A stretch of DNA of 39,215 nucleotides, from positions 1-39,215 of IMG/VR virus record IMGVR_UViG_3300025838_000072. The stretch is one strand, 5' to 3'. Source of the stretch: a virus (taxonomy: Duplodnaviria > Caudoviricetes). Positions within the stretch are counted from its first letter, which is position 1, and every line of letters starts with the position of its first letter. The notes below the pieces were generated by a model, which was not told the origin of the DNA, did no database searches, and saw only the letters and a list, made by a program, of their open reading frames with translations. Shown one piece after another: positions 17,302 to 27,155 of the stretch. A program made the translations under genes and the position numbers.

Positions 17302-19822
17302 TTGGATTTCCCCCTAAGTTTGTTTGGAGTTGGTTTTGAGCATCGAGGACAGTTTGCAGTTGCTCATGTTGCAATTGTGCCGCATCTCTAGTTAGCTCTG
17401 CGGACTTAATTCTCTCGGCAGTTAGATTATTCTCTGTATTCATCACTACATCGGACTGTAATCTAGATTGCTTCTCTTGTGCAATGGTTTGCATGTCCTG
17501 AGCCTTCAACTGAATCTCAGCTTTATCACGAGCCGCTTTCCGTTGTGTTTCAGCCATAGAAGTTTGGACCAGAGCTTGTACAGATGGGTCAGTTGGTTGC
17601 TGTGATTGCTGCAATTGTTGCATCATCTTCACGAGTTGTGCAATCTGAGGCTGCAGTTGAGCAAATTGCTCTTCTGTGTCCTTATTAACATGCTGCGCAC
17701 TTACAGCCAACAACTGCTGAGCTTCTTTCATCATCGGTTGGACTTTTAATGCGTTAAAAGGTTCATGAAGGGCCACAGATGCATACGTGTCAATCTGATT
17801 TAAGTACCATAAGGTAATATGTTGTTTTATGTGCTCTAATGCTGCAGGGATGAATTTCGGGGCAATAATTGGGTTAGATCCAAGTACTGGGTTCATCGCA
17901 TAGGCCAAATGTGTTTGCAAATGTGCCATATGGTCCTGATGTGGGTATGCGCCGGCTGGTTTTCCTAGTGTCATGGACACATTTTCCAATGCAGGGTTCA
18001 TATCTTTCACTTCTTCAGGGTCAGGAAGCACTGCATTGACATCTGGGAGCTTAATTTGCTTCAGAATCCGCTTCTCTACTTCAAGTCGGTTGTAGAGATC
18101 GGGGTTTGCTTGTGCTCTTGCCGCAAGTGTTTGAATCTGTGCATACCTCTGACTCTCTGCGAAGATATGAGGGTCAGAAACCGGAACAATGTCCGTATTG
18201 GACTCAAAATCATCAACCGAAATGTCGAGATCTCTAACAATTTCACCTTTTCTTTGCTCATCGAGGTACCACCTGTTCAATCTAGCTAAGATCTTTAAGA
18301 CTCTCTTTTGACTGTCATGCAATCTGGCATGAATTGAGCTAAAAACTGCTGCACCTTGCTCAATCAATGCTTGAGCAGTGCCGACTGGCATGTTATTGCT
18401 AGCATCGGCAATCTTTTCTTCACTTGTAGTTACTACGCCCTTGGCTGCATCAGTTAGCCAGCCTAGAAGTTGGAACAGAACAGGTGAAGGTTGTGGGAAA
18501 GGTACTTGCATGGCAATCTTACGAATGTCATCTACTCCTGGAGCCCCCTCAATCTCGGCAACTTGTGTAGGTTCGATAACTGTAGTTTGCCCAGAGATCT
18601 TTCCGCCTTTAAGCTTTAACATTGTAGGAGCAGTTACAATGTGTGCTGAGTCTAGTAGCGCACGTAATGCTCCGGTAAGGGCTGCGGACAATCCGCCAAT
18701 GAGATGAGGGAGACCAATCGCATATGCTCCCCTCCAAGGTATAAACTTGAACTCAACCAGCCAATCCAAGTTAGACATTGTTTCATCGCCGTCCTCCCAG
18801 TTACGATACAAACCAACAACCGCACGCTCATTTTCATCGATCATTAGTATGTAAGGAGCTCTTTCACTCTTTGAGTAAGTATCATCCTCTAACTCTAACC
18901 AAGTACGAATGTGAAATACACGTCTAACACCATCAATGTTAATGCTTTGTGGCGTCTTACCTTCAATCTTATTAGTGGCTTTTTGTGCTTTAGTTTCATC
19001 AGGCTCTTGTGGCAATCTATAGATGTCTAAATCACGATATAAGCCTGTATTGACACGAATCTCATACATCTCTTGAGTAATGTCTTGGACTTCAGTGACT
19101 CGTGATGCTGTATAGAAATTACCTGCAGCAAATGGCAAATAAATGTTATCAATAGGTACAAACTCGGCACATGGGCGTTTCTTTTGTTCGTCCCACCATA
19201 GCTTGATGTATTGACTACCACCAAGAGGCAACTGTGTAAGCATTTGTTCTTGCTCATCACGATACTCTTCAATCTGCTCAGTCAACTGCCAGTTCATATA
19301 GTCACGTTTGCGCTCAGCCTTAGCTGTCTTGGCATCATCAACTTCACCGATAATCTTAGTTTTAACAGGACCATCTGGCGGAAAGAGTTCTTTAATTGCT
19401 CTTGCCGCAAAGTCCACACAAGCCTCAGCCATAACAGGGTGCACAACTTTAGATGCACCCATGAACTGTGCACCACCTGGGGCATCATGCCCTAGTCCAG
19501 TACGGCGAATACCATCTTCATATTGCTTATCACGATCTTCACGAGCTTCTTTATCTTTCTCAATTAGATCTAAGTACTTTAGAGCAATAGAATTAAGCTC
19601 TGAAATATCAAGCGATTCGGCAAGATTTTCGTAAAAGTCAGGCGACTCTTCAGGGCCTTTAAGGTCATCCATTCGCACAATGGCAGATCCGTCAGGCAAT
19701 TCCTCAACATCAGGAATCTCCTCAATGATCTCCATAATGGATTCATCTTCATTAATCGAAGGCTCTTGCTCAGGCCCGATAAATCGATTGAAGTCTTGAG
19801 GGATAGGCATTTCTGTAGCCAT
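17294..19822 (-). CDS. Portal protein (podovirus-type, long C-terminal helical region)
   Basis: 842 aa. GAS.V.HP..AEA.V.F.ARA..EL.P..GPVK and PVGT..AL.E.G..V.S.IH.RLH motifs, Gln-rich C-terminus, downstream of terL. Confidence 0.85.
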   Translation of the reverse strand: MATEMPIPQDFNRFIGPEQEPSINEDESIMEIIEEIPDVEELPDGSAIVRMDDLKGPEESPDFYENLAESLDISELNSIALKYLDLIEKDKEAREDRDKQYEDGIRRTGLGHDAPGGAQFMGASKVVHPVMAEACVDFAARAIKELFPPDGPVKTKIIGEVDDAKTAKAERKRDYMNWQLTEQIEEYRDEQEQMLTQLPLGGSQYIKLWWDEQKKRPCAEFVPIDNIYLPFAAGNFYTASRVTEVQDITQEMYEIRVNTGLYRDLDIYRLPQEPDETKAQKATNKIEGKTPQSINIDGVRRVFHIRTWLELEDDTYSKSERAPYILMIDENERAVVGLYRNWEDGDETMSNLDWLVEFKFIPWRGAYAIGLPHLIGGLSAALTGALRALLDSAHIVTAPTMLKLKGGKISGQTTVIEPTQVAEIEGAPGVDDIRKIAMQVPFPQPSPVLFQLLGWLTDAAKGVVTTSEEKIADASNNMPVGTAQALIEQGAAVFSSIHARLHDSQKRVLKILARLNRWYLDEQRKGEIVRDLDISVDDFESNTDIVPVSDPHIFAESQRYAQIQTLAARAQANPDLYNRLEVEKRILKQIKLPDVNAVLPDPEEVKDMNPALENVSMTLGKPAGAYPHQDHMAHLQTHLAYAMNPVLGSNPIIAPKFIPAALEHIKQHITLWYLNQIDTYASVALHEPFNALKVQPMMKEAQQLLAVSAQHVNKDTEEQFAQLQPQIAQLVKMMQQLQQSQQPTDPSVQALVQTSMAETQRKAARDKAEIQLKAQDMQTIAQEKQSRLQSDVVMNTENNLTAERIKSAELTRDAAQLQHEQLQTVLDAQNQLQTNLGGNPNV

Positions 19823-19840
19823 GTTTTACCTTTGTGTTTG

Positions 19841-22800
19841 TTAATCAGGTTCATTATATGGATCATACCCATGATCACGAATATAATTTGCTAAGCGTCG
19901 TCTTTCATCATTAGTAAGACGGTTTAACCTTCTACTTATTGTGTTGCGCTCGACCATATCTGCAAGTTCTTCATCAGTGTACTCATTAGGGTCAAACTCA
20001 TCATTCTCCATTGCATGACCAATTGCATCGTTTAACATATGATGAAGATCTTGCAATGATCTACCTTGTTCTGGTTGTGGTATAGCACCTATGACTTCAC
20101 CTAAGTCATCTATTGCTCGACGTAATAGTTGTAAGTAGTCATCATAAGCACTTCGACTAACCCTTAATGCTCCAGGCGTTGTCGCTGCAACTTCATTTCT
20201 TCTAGTGTTGAGTTGATCTAGTGCAGACTGAGCTATTTCATCTACACTATAACCACCTCCAAACATGTTGTTTACCATGTCAGTAACTTGATCAATAGTT
20301 GACTGCATTAGTCTATGGCCATCAGGTGTAGAGGCAAGTTGCAAAGGCTCTGTATACGCATTTACGACATCTCGATTTTGCTGATTTTGCCCAAACGCTG
20401 CAGGTGTTGGAGTTCCGCTTATTCTATTCAAATGACTATGTAAGTCTTCTAAATCTGAAATAGCTCTTTCTTGTTCTTCTAGGTCAAATCCCATATCCCC
20501 AGGAATTACTTGAATATCAGTGATTAGTCCTGCAATATGGTCTTGCAATGATTCAATTATTTCTGGAATAGGGGTTCCTGCCGTAATGCCATCATCTAAC
20601 ATCTGATTGTACATTTGTGACATATCATCCCAACGCTCAAGTGTGTCATTGATCACTTGACGGATTTCTCGATGTTCTTGTGTAGCTTGTGGCAATTGCT
20701 GATTAGCGCCATGCATGTTATCAGGCTCAAAGTTAAATTCATCTTCAGGCACAGGAAGTCTGTGTTGTAATTCACGAGCTAGCAACTCCCGTTGACGCAT
20801 CGAAAAATCTTGATAAAGCTCATTACCAGGCACTTCATCCCCATTACGAAGTGAATGTATGATGTCAGCAACTTCATTATGGTCAAAGCGACCAAAAATA
20901 TTATTAGCTGTCTGATCAACTTCATCAGCCTGTCTATGACCCATTGCATCGCGTAAATGTGGAGTAGTTTGGACTTGCAATCTTTGCATGGTCTGTTGTA
21001 GTGCTGTAGGCTCACGATAAGGCTCTACAGCTTGATCCTCATTGCCTGTATGCAAGAACATAATGTTGTTTGCAAGATCATATAGAGCTGCTCTTACAGT
21101 CTGAGATTCTTGAATTGAAGCTGCATCTCTAACCAGCGTGGCAGTTCGAACAGGGTTTGCAAACGTATCATGCTGTGTTGCCGCTTGCATAAGCACATTT
21201 CTAATAATATCAGCGCCTAAATTGCCTTCGGGTGTGCCAAGATTTTCAAGCCTCGAAATACTACTATTAACACGATCGCCAAGTTGACGATAGAAAGCTT
21301 CACGCGGTGTTTCATTAGCTGGTTCATTTCCAGCTTCAGGCGCATGCTCTTCATTCATATGAGTTGCTGTATTAACAGCATCTAAATGCGCTTCAAGCAT
21401 TTCACGCAATTGTGTTAAACGTTCAGGGTGTTGTGCTGCTCGTAACTCCCATCTAATGTTTTGACCTGCATCTGGGTCATCTAGCATACGTAACATAACA
21501 CCAAGATGCTCAGCCATGTTAGGAAGATCTTCATTCGCCATTTCTTGAATAGTGTCTTGATAAGCGCTTCGTACACGAGCAGAATCAGCCATTGCTCTAA
21601 TAGCAGGAATAGGCTGCATTGCTCTTTCGAGAACTAGGTTGTTTGATAATTCAACAAACCGACGATGTACTTGCTCTTCAGCTTGTTCACGAAGCCCAGG
21701 AGGCAATTGACGAAATGTGGGGTGATCATATTGCCCATTAGCCAACAGAAACCTAGTTGTTTGCAATCCTTGAATATTATGGTCTTGATCTGTACGCTCA
21801 ACGTTAATTAGCTCACGAGCTAATTGATCAACTTGCTCAGGCGTAAATGAAGGCGGTTGAGCTGGTGGTGCATTAAGATGATGAATATGTTCGCTAAAAG
21901 CATCGCCATGTCGACCAAGCATATCAGCAACTTCACTAAGCTCATCATTTGTTCGAACGCCCATTTCTTGAGGATCCATATATTCAGGATTCATATGACT
22001 ACTTGCGCCTAGCAAATTAGTCTCAAGATCTTCGCTGTCAAGACCCTCTTGGCTTAAGTCTTGTAAAAAAGTTATATATGCTTGTCTGACTCGATTATTA
22101 GATGCACTTGCCAAAATATCTGGAATAGGCTCAGTTGGACCGTTAAGACGAATAGCTTGAGCATTAGGGCTTAAGCCTGTTAAGTCTTGCGCCGCTGCCG
22201 TATCAATCATACGATTGATTCTTAAGTCTATATCATGTAGTTGATGATATAAATCAGCATGATGTGTGGCATAATCAGGATCATCTCTATCAAGCTCGAC
22301 TATTTGCTGACTTAAGCTTTGCTGTTGTGCTCGTAAGTAGTTAATAGAATCTGCTTGTCTTGCATTTGTAGGTGCAGGTATTTCTTTATTCTTTAGCGCA
22401 ATTAAGTCTGAATCTAGCACAAAGCGTGGAAGTGGGTGAGCTGCAACTGCTCTTTGGAAGTCTTCCGTCTTCATACCGGCTCTAATTGCTAATGATCTTA
22501 CTGGCGTTCTTGCTGTGTCATAAACACCAGACTTACTATCATCGCCTAAAGACCGAATCTCATTTGAGTGCGCATTTAAAACATCTCTAAAAGCGGCTCT
22601 ATACTTTGGATCGATTTGCGCATTTCGATATTGTGTAGCAAAACCAACAATATATGTAGGACCACCTGGTGAGTCTGATTTATTTTTAAGCTCAATGTTT
22701 CCAACAGGCCAACCAGTCTCGGCATCCCTCATTATCAATTGCTTAGAATGCCCATCAATCACATCCCGAATATAAGATGTCATAGGTGCATTTTGTGTTG

Positions 22801-24913
22801 TTGGAAACCGCTTACCTGTGGCTACATCAAGAATCGGTGTGTAACGTCGTGTATCGCCTGTCCACAAATGCTTATAGTTGCAGCTATCAAGCCCTTTAGC
22901 CGCACAAAAATCATTGATCTCAGTTTCCATTGACAAATGATGAAGCACATCGTCAGGGTTTGTGCTTTGATCAAGAGTAAGAAGCTTGACATTGCCAAAC
23001 CGCTGAGAATCAGGGATTGCATTTAAGTCTTTCTTAAGACGATCTTCGACGGCTATCTTACGCCCTATTGATGCTTTCTTTTCAGCCAGTTCTTGAGCAA
23101 TTCGATCTTTTGTTTGATCAACCACAAACTTATCAATTGGGGTTCTTGCAAGCTCATTTGCACTCATCTTACCCGTTAAGATGTTATCAAACAAGCCTTT
23201 ACCAACTGCTGACAACCCAAGTGAATATAAGCTAGTCGGATTTATGTCATAAACAGGTGCATTCGGTGTATTGTCAACTATATTCTTAAGCTGTGGATAA
23301 AACTGCTTTTCATAAACAGGAATTTCATCCCACATCTTTTGTGCTGTTTTCATTGTCAAACTAGAATCAGCAATGTTCTCATAATCATGAGCAAGCTTTA
23401 AGTTGTCAATGTCGCCATGTTTTGATTGTATTTGTGACTCAAGCTTTTTGATTTGCTTAAGTAAATCTTTTTTCCCAGGAAGCGAAATAGCAGTAACGCC
23501 TTGCTCTTGTGCTTGACGATCCAATGCCGTACTTTGAGTTTGTAGATCATCTAGCTGTTTATGCAAATCTCTAAGTTCAGTTTGTTTAGCATCTAGCTTA
23601 GGCTGAACTGTGCCGAACGGCATATCAGGATTAAATGCTCGTCTGCTTTTTTCTATACTACCATTTGGAACAGTAGAGTTGACAATATTATCACGAGTCA
23701 GCATTGTAATGCCTTTGCCTGCTTGAGTAAGCAAAGGATCTTTTTCAGTTCCTACATACTTCATGATGTAGTTCTTAAATGGGCCTTGCAATGCTTTTAC
23801 AGCAGTATCGTAATTGTCTTTAAACTGATCAAGTGTTGGCAAACCATTCTTAGTGGCATATTCATTTAAATGCTCAGCTCGTTTTTGCTCACTCTCGTCA
23901 TGCGGATACTTTAAGTCAAATGCATGACGAGCATCGAATTGGCTTAAACCAGGAAACTCTTGCTGTATTTTTTGATTTCTAAAATCGATAAATTGACTAT
24001 CATGCGGAGTATCTTCAAGTATCTTACTTTGATACAAATCATTAAGCTCATAAGTTGTAGGTGTTGAGCTATAAGGCATGATATCGCGAATAACGCTATC
24101 AATACCGCCTTTCCCTAACGGAACTTTATTTGTAGTTGCCGAAACGACGGGTGATCCCTCAGGTCTTACAGCATACAAACTTGTCGTAGGTTGCAAAGCA
24201 CCAGGAACACCTGGAACAGGCGGTAAGCCTTGCATCTTGCGCTTAGTCATAATATCGCCAATTGTGTCCGCAGTCTTTTGTGCCTTAACACCTAATGTAT
24301 CTTCGCCAAGTATGTTTTGTCTTTTAACGCCTGATTGTGCATTCCTAAAGTCTTGTGGTAAGTCTTTAAGCTCTTGACCGACAATTTGCGCTTTACCGAT
24401 TGTGGCTCTTACGTCACTTGGCGATACAAGTGGTCTACGTTCTTCAAGCCCAGTTATATTGCCAATTACGCCGCCTCTTGGGCTCATAGGCATCATAGGA
24501 ACGTCTTCCAGCATTGTGCCAAGATTACTTTCAAACTGTTGGCCAAGTGGGGTTTGTGGCGGCTTAGCATGCATTTTGCTAAAATCCGTCGCCAATTGAG
24601 TTGCTGTATCGAGTCCTGTTGTGCTTACTTTGCCTGTGTTAACATAGTTGCCAATGTCACTAGCAATCTCAGGAGCTGATCTAACAAGCCCTTGAGCAGC
24701 GCCTAATGCGCCAATTGCCGGATTTACAACAGTCGTTCTTGCTAAGTCTTGCATGGACTTAACAAGCATTAGTGGATTGTAGTTTGCGGCTACATTTTTA
24801 ATTGTGCTTATAGCTGAATCTAATGGTGAAGCCGCTGGTTGTGGAGTCGATAATCCGCCAGCCAAAGGTGGCACTGATTGAGTACTATTGTCATCCCATT
24901 CATTAAGCGGCAT
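19841..24913 (-). CDS. Large (1690 aa) multidomain protein, candidate internal virion/ejected protein, with PcfJ-like central domain and Lys-free C-terminal half
   Basis: Long intact ORF between terL and portal. The function is inferred from position and composition only. Confidence 0.6.
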   Translation of the reverse strand: MPLNEWDDNSTQSVPPLAGGLSTPQPAASPLDSAISTIKNVAANYNPLMLVKSMQDLARTTVVNPAIGALGAAQGLVRSAPEIASDIGNYVNTGKVSTTGLDTATQLATDFSKMHAKPPQTPLGQQFESNLGTMLEDVPMMPMSPRGGVIGNITGLEERRPLVSPSDVRATIGKAQIVGQELKDLPQDFRNAQSGVKRQNILGEDTLGVKAQKTADTIGDIMTKRKMQGLPPVPGVPGALQPTTSLYAVRPEGSPVVSATTNKVPLGKGGIDSVIRDIMPYSSTPTTYELNDLYQSKILEDTPHDSQFIDFRNQKIQQEFPGLSQFDARHAFDLKYPHDESEQKRAEHLNEYATKNGLPTLDQFKDNYDTAVKALQGPFKNYIMKYVGTEKDPLLTQAGKGITMLTRDNIVNSTVPNGSIEKSRRAFNPDMPFGTVQPKLDAKQTELRDLHKQLDDLQTQSTALDRQAQEQGVTAISLPGKKDLLKQIKKLESQIQSKHGDIDNLKLAHDYENIADSSLTMKTAQKMWDEIPVYEKQFYPQLKNIVDNTPNAPVYDINPTSLYSLGLSAVGKGLFDNILTGKMSANELARTPIDKFVVDQTKDRIAQELAEKKASIGRKIAVEDRLKKDLNAIPDSQRFGNVKLLTLDQSTNPDDVLHHLSMETEINDFCAAKGLDSCNYKHLWTGDTRRYTPILDVATGKRFPTTQNAPMTSYIRDVIDGHSKQLIMRDAETGWPVGNIELKNKSDSPGGPTYIVGFATQYRNAQIDPKYRAAFRDVLNAHSNEIRSLGDDSKSGVYDTARTPVRSLAIRAGMKTEDFQRAVAAHPLPRFVLDSDLIALKNKEIPAPTNARQADSINYLRAQQQSLSQQIVELDRDDPDYATHHADLYHQLHDIDLRINRMIDTAAAQDLTGLSPNAQAIRLNGPTEPIPDILASASNNRVRQAYITFLQDLSQEGLDSEDLETNLLGASSHMNPEYMDPQEMGVRTNDELSEVADMLGRHGDAFSEHIHHLNAPPAQPPSFTPEQVDQLARELINVERTDQDHNIQGLQTTRFLLANGQYDHPTFRQLPPGLREQAEEQVHRRFVELSNNLVLERAMQPIPAIRAMADSARVRSAYQDTIQEMANEDLPNMAEHLGVMLRMLDDPDAGQNIRWELRAAQHPERLTQLREMLEAHLDAVNTATHMNEEHAPEAGNEPANETPREAFYRQLGDRVNSSISRLENLGTPEGNLGADIIRNVLMQAATQHDTFANPVRTATLVRDAASIQESQTVRAALYDLANNIMFLHTGNEDQAVEPYREPTALQQTMQRLQVQTTPHLRDAMGHRQADEVDQTANNIFGRFDHNEVADIIHSLRNGDEVPGNELYQDFSMRQRELLARELQHRLPVPEDEFNFEPDNMHGANQQLPQATQEHREIRQVINDTLERWDDMSQMYNQMLDDGITAGTPIPEIIESLQDHIAGLITDIQVIPGDMGFDLEEQERAISDLEDLHSHLNRISGTPTPAAFGQNQQNRDVVNAYTEPLQLASTPDGHRLMQSTIDQVTDMVNNMFGGGYSVDEIAQSALDQLNTRRNEVAATTPGALRVSRSAYDDYLQLLRRAIDDLGEVIGAIPQPEQGRSLQDLHHMLNDAIGHAMENDEFDPNEYTDEELADMVERNTISRRLNRLTNDERRRLANYIRDHGYDPYNEPD

Positions 24914-26336
24914 ATGGGTTCACCCTTCTAGGCTTGGTATCATCCACATAAAGATCTGGGTCATTATACAAATAATCCAAGACAAGGAAACCACTGTCTC
25001 GCAAATATCGTAAAGCTTGGCTGGTTGAGTCTACAAGGTCGTCATGTCGGACTTCAGGGAAAGCACAAAGCTGATTGATCAACGGTTCGGCCCAGTCACG
25101 AGCCATGCCTTCACGCGACATAGACTCAGGAATATACACCAAGCCTTTTTGAATCAGAGGCGCCACGATATTCAGTCGCTGTGTTTTGTCTGCATTCCCT
25201 GGGTTATAAGCACGGACTGGCAATCCGGCTCTTTGTAGGTCTTGAATCAGTGAAATACCTGCTGACTTGTCCTCAATCAGAACTAAGTCAACCTTCTTGC
25301 CTTGTCCGAATTCGTCATTGTCACCGTAAATCGTACCGAACTCTTCAAGCACACGAGGCCGAAGGTCTGGGTATTTCATGTGCTCGTCCCATGCATCGAT
25401 TAGCATAACAGACATCGGCTTGTCGGTTGGTTTAAAGATCCCCCAAACTGTGCAAGCAGTCGGGTCATTGGCTGTCTTATCAGATGTAGCACAGTCGTAG
25501 CTTTGTATGACGTACTGAAACTGAGGCAACGGCTTTTCGGCCGGCCAAAGTCTTAGCCATTGACGTTTAACGATGCCTGATTCTTCTGGGTCGATAATCT
25601 CAGCATGAATCTCTTGTCGGCCAAGCGTTGTGCCTTCATACTGTAAGATCTGCTGTTGGAACGATGGAGCTAAGTTCTTTAAGTTGTCATACGTTGATGC
25701 TGTTGTGTAGCATACGTCTTCACCGTCACGATTTGCTAAGTCAACAATCAAAGGCTTTGGCTTTGGTGTTGTTGTACAGATGAGACGAGGCTGCTTACCG
25801 AGACGCATGCCGAATTGCAGCATGTTCCATGATTCGTCAAGGTAATGCCAAGCTGCAAGCTCATCAAGCCACCCGCCATGAAACTGCGGACCGCGAAAGC
25901 GCTCAGGCTCTGATGCAGGAATGCCTTTGATGATTGAGCCGTTCTTTAAGTTAATCTCATGCAGAGATTTATAGTAAAAGTCGATAAGCTCAGTCGGCAT
26001 AACGTTTAGCAGCCCTGAATCGCCCTCAAAGCACACATCACGAACGTCACCGCTCGTTGGAGCCGAAACTAGCCATCTTGTCTTTGGTTGTGTCCAAGCT
26101 GCCCACCAAGTCCACTCAGCCGCGCACCGAGTTTTGCCAGCACCACGACCTGCTAAAAGTAACCAGATACTCCACCAATCGCCCTTAGGCGGTATTTGAT
26201 GATCACTAGCTATAGCAAGCCATTTGTTTCGTGCTTTCAGCGCTGCTTTCCATTCCGGGGACGCTGTACTTAGATTAGGTCCGGTTTTTAGACGTTGATC
26301 AACGTGCTTAGCTATTTTCTCGATTGTCGTTGTCAT
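24903..26336 (-). CDS. terL: Terminase large subunit
   Basis: Walker A AGRGAGKT, Walker B WLDE, TTTP motif, nuclease domain with SYD...IEDKSAG...HDDLVDS. Confidence 0.95.
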   Translation of the reverse strand: MTTTIEKIAKHVDQRLKTGPNLSTASPEWKAALKARNKWLAIASDHQIPPKGDWWSIWLLLAGRGAGKTRCAAEWTWWAAWTQPKTRWLVSAPTSGDVRDVCFEGDSGLLNVMPTELIDFYYKSLHEINLKNGSIIKGIPASEPERFRGPQFHGGWLDELAAWHYLDESWNMLQFGMRLGKQPRLICTTTPKPKPLIVDLANRDGEDVCYTTASTYDNLKNLAPSFQQQILQYEGTTLGRQEIHAEIIDPEESGIVKRQWLRLWPAEKPLPQFQYVIQSYDCATSDKTANDPTACTVWGIFKPTDKPMSVMLIDAWDEHMKYPDLRPRVLEEFGTIYGDNDEFGQGKKVDLVLIEDKSAGISLIQDLQRAGLPVRAYNPGNADKTQRLNIVAPLIQKGLVYIPESMSREGMARDWAEPLINQLCAFPEVRHDDLVDSTSQALRYLRDSGFLVLDYLYNDPDLYVDDTKPRRVNPYAA

Positions 26337-26772
26337 CTTGTCTTATGCTAAGAATTTCGTTCATTAATTCCTCAGCAAAATCATGTACAACATCGACCTG
26401 AATAGCCCCGTTGTTTTTGCCTGTAACTTCAAGCTTATTGTTTTCGCGATATTTATGTGGAAAACGAGCTGCCATCGACCGCGACCACAGCGCTGTGTTG
26501 ATTCTGTTCCCGCCCGGTCTCTCGATCATATGATCTAAAGCAAGTTTTTCAAAGAAAAGCATCTCTTCTTTTTTAGCTTCTTCTAAGGCCGTGAAAAAAT
26601 CTGGATTCGCTTCAGCCCAATTGCCTAAAGTTTGCCATGTAATGCCAAGCTCAGATGAAATAGCTTCTCGGCTATAACCTTTTTTGCCTAAGTCAATAGC
26701 AATTTGGCAAAACGACGGATCATACTTAGATGGCCGTCCAACTGGTTTTTTGGGTATAGGTTGTGTGCTCAT
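26308..26772 (-). CDS. terS: Terminase small subunit
   Basis: GRPSKY followed by an HTH (ISSELGITWQTL.NW...PDF..A) and LEVTG.N.G.I. Directly upstream of terL. Confidence 0.85.
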   Translation of the reverse strand: MSTQPIPKKPVGRPSKYDPSFCQIAIDLGKKGYSREAISSELGITWQTLGNWAEANPDFFTALEEAKKEEMLFFEKLALDHMIERPGGNRINTALWSRSMAARFPHKYRENNKLEVTGKNNGAIQVDVVHDFAEELMNEILSIRQDDNDNRENS

Positions 26773-26869
26773 GTGTAAGATTGTACATCAAACTTGAGAA
26801 AAGTGTGGAAAAACGGCAATAGTTGTAAGAGAGAAACTTTAGTATTATACGGTAAACTAAAGTAATAAT

Positions 26870-27155
26870 AGTTACATCTAAAGTTACATCTAACCAGAAA
26901 ACTATATACGACGACGTATATATCTATATATAAATAATATTTAAATATATATGTAATTATTGTAACTATGTATTTATCGTTTAAAATCAACAACTTGGCT
27001 AGCATTTTGATGTAACTTTGATGTAACTTTAGATGTAACTTTTAATACTATAGTTCTATTTCTCTCTTGATCGCAGCATCTGTATTTTCTGACAATTTTG
27101 ACAGATCTCCGTGTTTTTGAAAGTTACATAATTTAGCCTTTGAAGATGTAACTTT
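26870..27155. repeat. Iteron-like GATGTAACT(TT) repeats in both orientations around an AT-rich core, candidate replication origin
   Basis: AGTTACATCTA at 26870 and 26882. GATGTAACTTT at 27009, 27020, 27032 and 27145. AAAGTTACAT at 27120. Nearly pure A/T at about 26915-26960. Confidence 0.65.

Noticed and set aside
19844-22384. Lys-codon avoidance to escape tRNA-Lys anticodon nucleases
   Set aside because: The same ORF needs about 61 Lys codons upstream and I see no convincing internal RBS/start, so a protein-level constraint fits better. It is not fully excluded.
26769-27005. 78-aa minus-strand ORF
   Set aside because: Y/I-rich translation of the AT-rich iteron region with no RBS, so it is probably non-coding.
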